64,000 bases of DNA from an uncultured Pelagibacteraceae bacterium (GTDB taxonomy: Bacteria; Pseudomonadota; Alphaproteobacteria; Pelagibacterales; Pelagibacteraceae). The translations under genes were made by a program, and so were the position numbers. The stretch is taken from positions 73,307 to 137,306 of the forward strand of contig CACHRI010000001.1 in NCBI GenBank assembly GCA_902582155.1. Reading direction: 5' to 3'. Below are positions 59,659 through 64,000 of this stretch, piece by piece (position 1 is the stretch's first letter; every line of letters begins with the position of its first letter). The notes beneath the pieces are model-generated. The model searched no databases. It saw nothing but the letters and a program-made list of their open reading frames with translations, and had not been told where the DNA came from.

Positions 59659-60827
59659 TTTCTACTAGCGAACAATAATAAGAAGTAACCGAATAAAGTA
59701 GACAATAATGAACCTGTTAGCACACCAATCTTTACACCGTCGCTAAATTCTAAATTGTTTACGAAGGCGAGATTGCCTACGAATAAACTCATTGTAAAAC
59801 CAATACCAGTTAATATTGAGACCGCATATAAAGACATCCAGTTCGAGTTATTTGGTTTGTCTGCGAACTTAAAGTAGATAGATAAATAAGAAAATAAAAA
59901 TACTCCAATTTGTTTTCCAAAAAATAATCCACAAACTATTCCTAAAGGAACTGGATTTAACAATGTTGCAAAAGATAATCCCTCTAAAGACACTCCTGCG
60001 TTTGCAAAAGCAAATATTGGCATAATTCCAAATGCTACGTAAGGGGAGATTGCATGTTCCAGCTTTAATAATAAAGAGTTTTTCTCTTTTTTAGTATCGT
60101 GAGGAATAGTTAAAGCTAATAAAACTCCAGCAATTGTTGCATGAATTCCTGATTGATGTGTAAATTCCCATAAAAATATTCCAACTATTAAATAAGGAAT
60201 GAATGATCTCACATTTAATCTATTTAAGATAATAAGCAATAACATCGCAACAGCCATTAAAATTAGGTAAGTCGTTTGTATGTTGCCCGAGTAAAAGAAA
60301 GCTATTATTATTATCGCTCCAAGATCATCAATAATTGCTAAAGCAGTTAAAAAAACTTTTAAAGATATAGGAACTCTTTTTCCAAGTAATGATAACACTC
60401 CTAATGAAAAAGCAATATCAGTTGCTGACGGTATTGCCCAACCGTTAAGTCTTGTGCTGTCATCTATATTAATAATTATATAAATTGCAGCTGGAACTAC
60501 CATTCCACCAACGGCCCCAATAATTGGTAACATTGCTTGTTTAGGATTTGATAGCTCGCCTTTAACAAATTCTCTTTTAATTTCTAATGATACCAAGAAA
60601 AAAAAGACAGCCATTAAAACATCGTTAATCCAATGTAAAACACTTAATTTTAACCCAAATTCTTTAGTTCCAAGCGTAAAATAACTTTCTAATATTTTAA
60701 AATAATTTTCACCCAAACTACTATTACTAATAAACAAAGCAATCACTGCTGCGAAAAGAAGAACTAGTCCTGAAGCTGACTCTAGTTTAAAGAAATATTT
60801 AAAAGGTTTTGAAATATATTGGATCAT
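59655..60827 (-). CDS. nhaA: Na+/H+ antiporter NhaA
   Basis: WINDVLM, ATDIAF, AIIDDLGA, GIGFTMS. Confidence 0.97.
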   Translation of the reverse strand: MIQYISKPFKYFFKLESASGLVLLFAAVIALFISNSSLGENYFKILESYFTLGTKEFGLKLSVLHWINDVLMAVFFFLVSLEIKREFVKGELSNPKQAMLPIIGAVGGMVVPAAIYIIINIDDSTRLNGWAIPSATDIAFSLGVLSLLGKRVPISLKVFLTALAIIDDLGAIIIIAFFYSGNIQTTYLILMAVAMLLLIILNRLNVRSFIPYLIVGIFLWEFTHQSGIHATIAGVLLALTIPHDTKKEKNSLLLKLEHAISPYVAFGIMPIFAFANAGVSLEGLSFATLLNPVPLGIVCGLFFGKQIGVFLFSYLSIYFKFADKPNNSNWMSLYAVSILTGIGFTMSLFVGNLAFVNNLEFSDGVKIGVLTGSLLSTLFGYFLLLFASRK

Positions 60828-60864
60828 TTAGTTATTTTTTACTAATATAACAATAATCTTTCAA

Positions 60865-60893
60865 TTGCCAAAAAGTCATATATAACCTATATA
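60865..60893 (+). promoter_or_regulatory. sigma70-like promoter for tRNA-Pro
   Basis: TTGCCA-N17-TATATA ending 10 nt before the tRNA. Confidence 0.45.
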
Positions 60894-60903
60894 AATAGAC
60901 TTT

Positions 60904-60980
<77 letters not shown>

Positions 60981-60987
60981 AAATCAT

Positions 60988-63210
60988 ATGAATATTAAAA
61001 AGGTAGTTGTAATAGGTTCAGGAACAATGGGGAGTGGAATAGCTGCTCATTTATGCAATGCAAATATACCAGTTATATTATTAGATTTAAAAACTGAAAT
61101 TTCTGAAAAAGCCAAAGAAAGGATTTTAAAATCTAGACCACCACTACTATTTGAAAAAGATAAAATTAAAAATTTGAAGGTTGGTAATATTACTGATGAT
61201 TTTGATAATGTTGTGGACGCAGACTGGATTGTAGAAGCAGTTGTAGAAAGAATTGATATTAAACATGATATCTATAAAAAGATATTTGATAAAAGAAAAA
61301 AAAACTCAATTGTTTCCTCGAATACATCAACTATTCCTTTAAAAGTATTATCAGAAAAATTAAGCGCAGAAGACCAAAAAGATTTTTGTATTACACATTT
61401 TTTTAATCCAGTTAGGTATATGGGTTTACTAGAGATAGTTAGAGGTAAGTCAAACGATCAAAATAAAATAAATTATTTAAAAGATTTTTGTGAAGAAAAA
61501 TTAGGTAAAGGTGTGATTATTTGTGGTGATACTCCTGGTTTTTTAGGAAACAGAATAGGAGTGTACGCCATGCAGGTAGCAATGACAGAAGCGGTTAATA
61601 TGGATCTTTCTATAGAGGAAGCCGATGCTGTATTTGGTAGACCTATGGGTATTCCTAAGACAGGTGTTTTTGCCTTATATGACTTAATTGGTATTGACTT
61701 AATGTCAGATGTTCTCAAAAGTTTTCAAAAAGAATTATCTGATGAAGATGAATTTCAGAAAGTTGTTTCTGGTCTACCAATTATAAAAAAATTAATCGAA
61801 ACTGGTTATACGGGCAGAAAAGGTAAGGGAGGTTTTTATAGAATCAATAAGTCGGAGAATAAAAAAACCTTAGAAGCTCTTGATTTGAAAACAAATGAAT
61901 ACTCTCCCGTTAGCAAGATAGATTTAAAAATTGACAAGATAAATCTTTTAGAATTAGTTAATAGAGATGATAAGTATGGTAAATATGCGTGGTCAGTAAT
62001 ATCTAAAATTATTTTGTACTCTTCTTCACTGGTGCCAGCCATTACTGATGAATATAATGATATAGATGAAGCTTTAAGACTAGGATTTAATTGGTCTATG
62101 GGTCCATTTGAAATGTTAGAGTCAATAGGATTAAAAAATTTTTTTTCAAAAATCGGTGATATTCAAAACAATGAATTTTTAAATACTTTAAAAGAAAAAA
62201 AAGCAGAGAGCTTTTATGATGAGCGACAAAAATATACTGATTTACAAACACTCGGAAAAATCAAGAAAACTGTCATTAAGTTAGACAAAAATGACTCAGC
62301 AGAAATTTTTAGATTTAAGGATTTTAATATTGTTGAATTTAATACAAAAGCCAACGCTCTAGATAATGATTCTATGGATGCATTAAAAAAAGCTACTGAC
62401 AAACCTCTTATAATTATAAATGAAAGCATGCAATTTTCTGCAGGTGTAAATCTTAATTATGTAATGGAATTTATAAAGAACAAAGATTTAAAGTCTGTTG
62501 AAAAATTTATCAGATATTTTCAAGATACTTGCAAACACCTTAAATACTGTAAATATCCAGTCATATCTGCTCCATCTGGTTTAGCTCTTGGAGGGGGAGA
62601 AGAAGTTGTATTACAAAGTAATTATGTAGTTACACATACTAATATAGTAATGGGTTTAGTGGAAACTATCGTTGGTTTAGTCCCGGCGGGTGGAGGTTGC
62701 AAAGAATTACTTTGGAGATGGTCTCAAACGAATGAGTCAAAAAATGATCCGGATTACGCTCCCTTAAAAGTGTTTGATATTATTGGTAATGCTAAAACAG
62801 CTTCTTCACCACAAGAAGCAAAACCATTATTATTTTTAGATGCTAATCATAACGTTATCATTAATAGAAATGAATTATTGCCTGCAGCAAGAGAATTACT
62901 CAATAAAAACGTTGTTAAATCTCCTTCTTCAGAATGTAAATTCAAACTTTCTGGTAAAAATGCTAGAGAAAAAATGCACAAAATACTGGAAGCATTATAT
63001 AATGATAAGAAGATTCTAGATCACGGTATGGAAGTTGGTAAAGAATTAGCATATGTTTTGAGTGGAGGAGACACAGATTTGAATAAAGAGGTAACTGAAG
63101 ATCAAATGTATAAATTAGAATTAAATAGTTTTATGAAGTTAGTTGAAAATAAAAAAACACAAGATAGAATTATCCATACATTACAAACAGGAAAACCATT
63201 AATAAATTAA
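60988..63210 (+). CDS. 3-hydroxyacyl-CoA dehydrogenase/enoyl-CoA hydratase fusion (FadN-like)
   Basis: GSGTMG, EAVVE, SNTS, HFFNP; C-terminal FSAG, GGGEE, GLVE...GLVPAGGG; ATG 60988. Confidence 0.92.
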   Translation: MNIKKVVVIGSGTMGSGIAAHLCNANIPVILLDLKTEISEKAKERILKSRPPLLFEKDKIKNLKVGNITDDFDNVVDADWIVEAVVERIDIKHDIYKKIFDKRKKNSIVSSNTSTIPLKVLSEKLSAEDQKDFCITHFFNPVRYMGLLEIVRGKSNDQNKINYLKDFCEEKLGKGVIICGDTPGFLGNRIGVYAMQVAMTEAVNMDLSIEEADAVFGRPMGIPKTGVFALYDLIGIDLMSDVLKSFQKELSDEDEFQKVVSGLPIIKKLIETGYTGRKGKGGFYRINKSENKKTLEALDLKTNEYSPVSKIDLKIDKINLLELVNRDDKYGKYAWSVISKIILYSSSLVPAITDEYNDIDEALRLGFNWSMGPFEMLESIGLKNFFSKIGDIQNNEFLNTLKEKKAESFYDERQKYTDLQTLGKIKKTVIKLDKNDSAEIFRFKDFNIVEFNTKANALDNDSMDALKKATDKPLIIINESMQFSAGVNLNYVMEFIKNKDLKSVEKFIRYFQDTCKHLKYCKYPVISAPSGLALGGGEEVVLQSNYVVTHTNIVMGLVETIVGLVPAGGGCKELLWRWSQTNESKNDPDYAPLKVFDIIGNAKTASSPQEAKPLLFLDANHNVIINRNELLPAARELLNKNVVKSPSSECKFKLSGKNAREKMHKILEALYNDKKILDHGMEVGKELAYVLSGGDTDLNKEVTEDQMYKLELNSFMKLVENKKTQDRIIHTLQTGKPLIN

Positions 63211-64000
63211 ATGACTACTTATAATGCTCCAGTTGAAGATATGATGTTTCTTTTCGATAATCTTAAAGATAATAAGAATTATAAAGAAATTGATAAATTT
63301 AAAGAAATAAGCTCTGACTTAGTAAAAGATGTTTTAGATCAAGCAGCTAAAATAAATGAAGAAATTGTACATCCTCTAGCCAAAATAGGAGATGATAGTC
63401 CATGCGTTTATGAAAATGGAATAGTAAGATCTCCGCCAGGTTATAAAGAAGCTTATAAAAAATTCATTAGCGACGGATGGACATCTTTATCTTGTGATCC
63501 AAAATATGGCGGTCAAGGAATGCCAAAGACCGTGAGCACTTTTTTTGAAGAAATGTTATCTTCAGCAAGTTTATCATTCAAATTATATAGTGAACTAAGT
63601 ATTGGAGCATATAATTGCATACTTCATCATGCTGACGATAAGATTAAAGACAAGTTTCTACCAAAAATAGTTGAGGGAAAATGGAGTGGAACTATGTGTT
63701 TAACCGAGTCTCAATGTGGAACTGATTTGGGTTTAATTAAAACAAAAGCTATAAAAAATACAGATGGATCATTTTCTTTAACTGGACAGAAAATATTTAT
63801 AACGTCTGGTGACCACGACTTAACAGAAAATATTATACATTTAGTTTTAGCAAAAATTCCAGGTTCACCTGCTGGCACTAAAGGAATAAGTTTATTTTTA
63901 GTTCCAAAGTTTAATGTTGATGAAAGTGGAGCAGTTGGATCTAGAAATGGTGTTAGCACATTATCTATTGAAACTAAAATGGGAATAAAAGGTTCACCAA
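63211..64000 (+). CDS. acyl-CoA dehydrogenase, DmdC/MmgC-like (3' truncated; not in ORF track)
   Basis: Hand translation MTTYNAPVEDMMFLF...YGGQG...GTMCLTESQCGTDLG...GQKIFITSGDHD...KGISLFLVPK...KMGIKGSP. Confidence 0.92.
   Translation, partial: MTTYNAPVEDMMFLFDNLKDNKNYKEIDKFKEISSDLVKDVLDQAAKINEEIVHPLAKIGDDSPCVYENGIVRSPPGYKEAYKKFISDGWTSLSCDPKYGGQGMPKTVSTFFEEMLSSASLSFKLYSELSIGAYNCILHHADDKIKDKFLPKIVEGKWSGTMCLTESQCGTDLGLIKTKAIKNTDGSFSLTGQKIFITSGDHDLTENIIHLVLAKIPGSPAGTKGISLFLVPKFNVDESGAVGSRNGVSTLSIETKMGIKGSP

Overview
Very AT-rich, densely packed, streamlined alphaproteobacterial chromosome segment; gene content and order point to Pelagibacterales (SAR11) (inference, not a database result). It runs from the 3' end of gap through a nutrient-acquisition block (znuACB-zur with tandem Zur boxes, proX-proW without proV, a BASS symporter, a Fur-boxed Fe3+ ABC transporter, metF plus a GcvT-family demethylase, aapJQMP). 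A long housekeeping stretch follows (valS, ilvD, xth, erpA, dgt, argS, nagZ, scpAB, tatABC, serS, yajC-secDF, uvrA, ssb, gyrA, coaD, ppi, tgt, recG, sdhE, mltB-rlpA-dacA-tmk-holB-metG-tatD, gpx, nhaA), ending in an acyl-CoA catabolic operon cut by the window edge. There are six tRNAs (Arg-UCU, Asn, Cys, Lys-UUU, Ser-UGA, Pro-UGG). I saw no integrase, transposase, prophage or CRISPR array. Most notable observations: a cis-CaaD/Cg10062-type tautomerase with all six catalytic residues; tRNA genes abutting CDSs like punctuation marks (including a tRNA forming the leader of trmB); an 18-bp candidate bidirectional leaderless promoter; three small ORFs missed by the ORF track; a possible sRNA/attenuator beside the Fur boxes; and a miniature FtsN-position protein.
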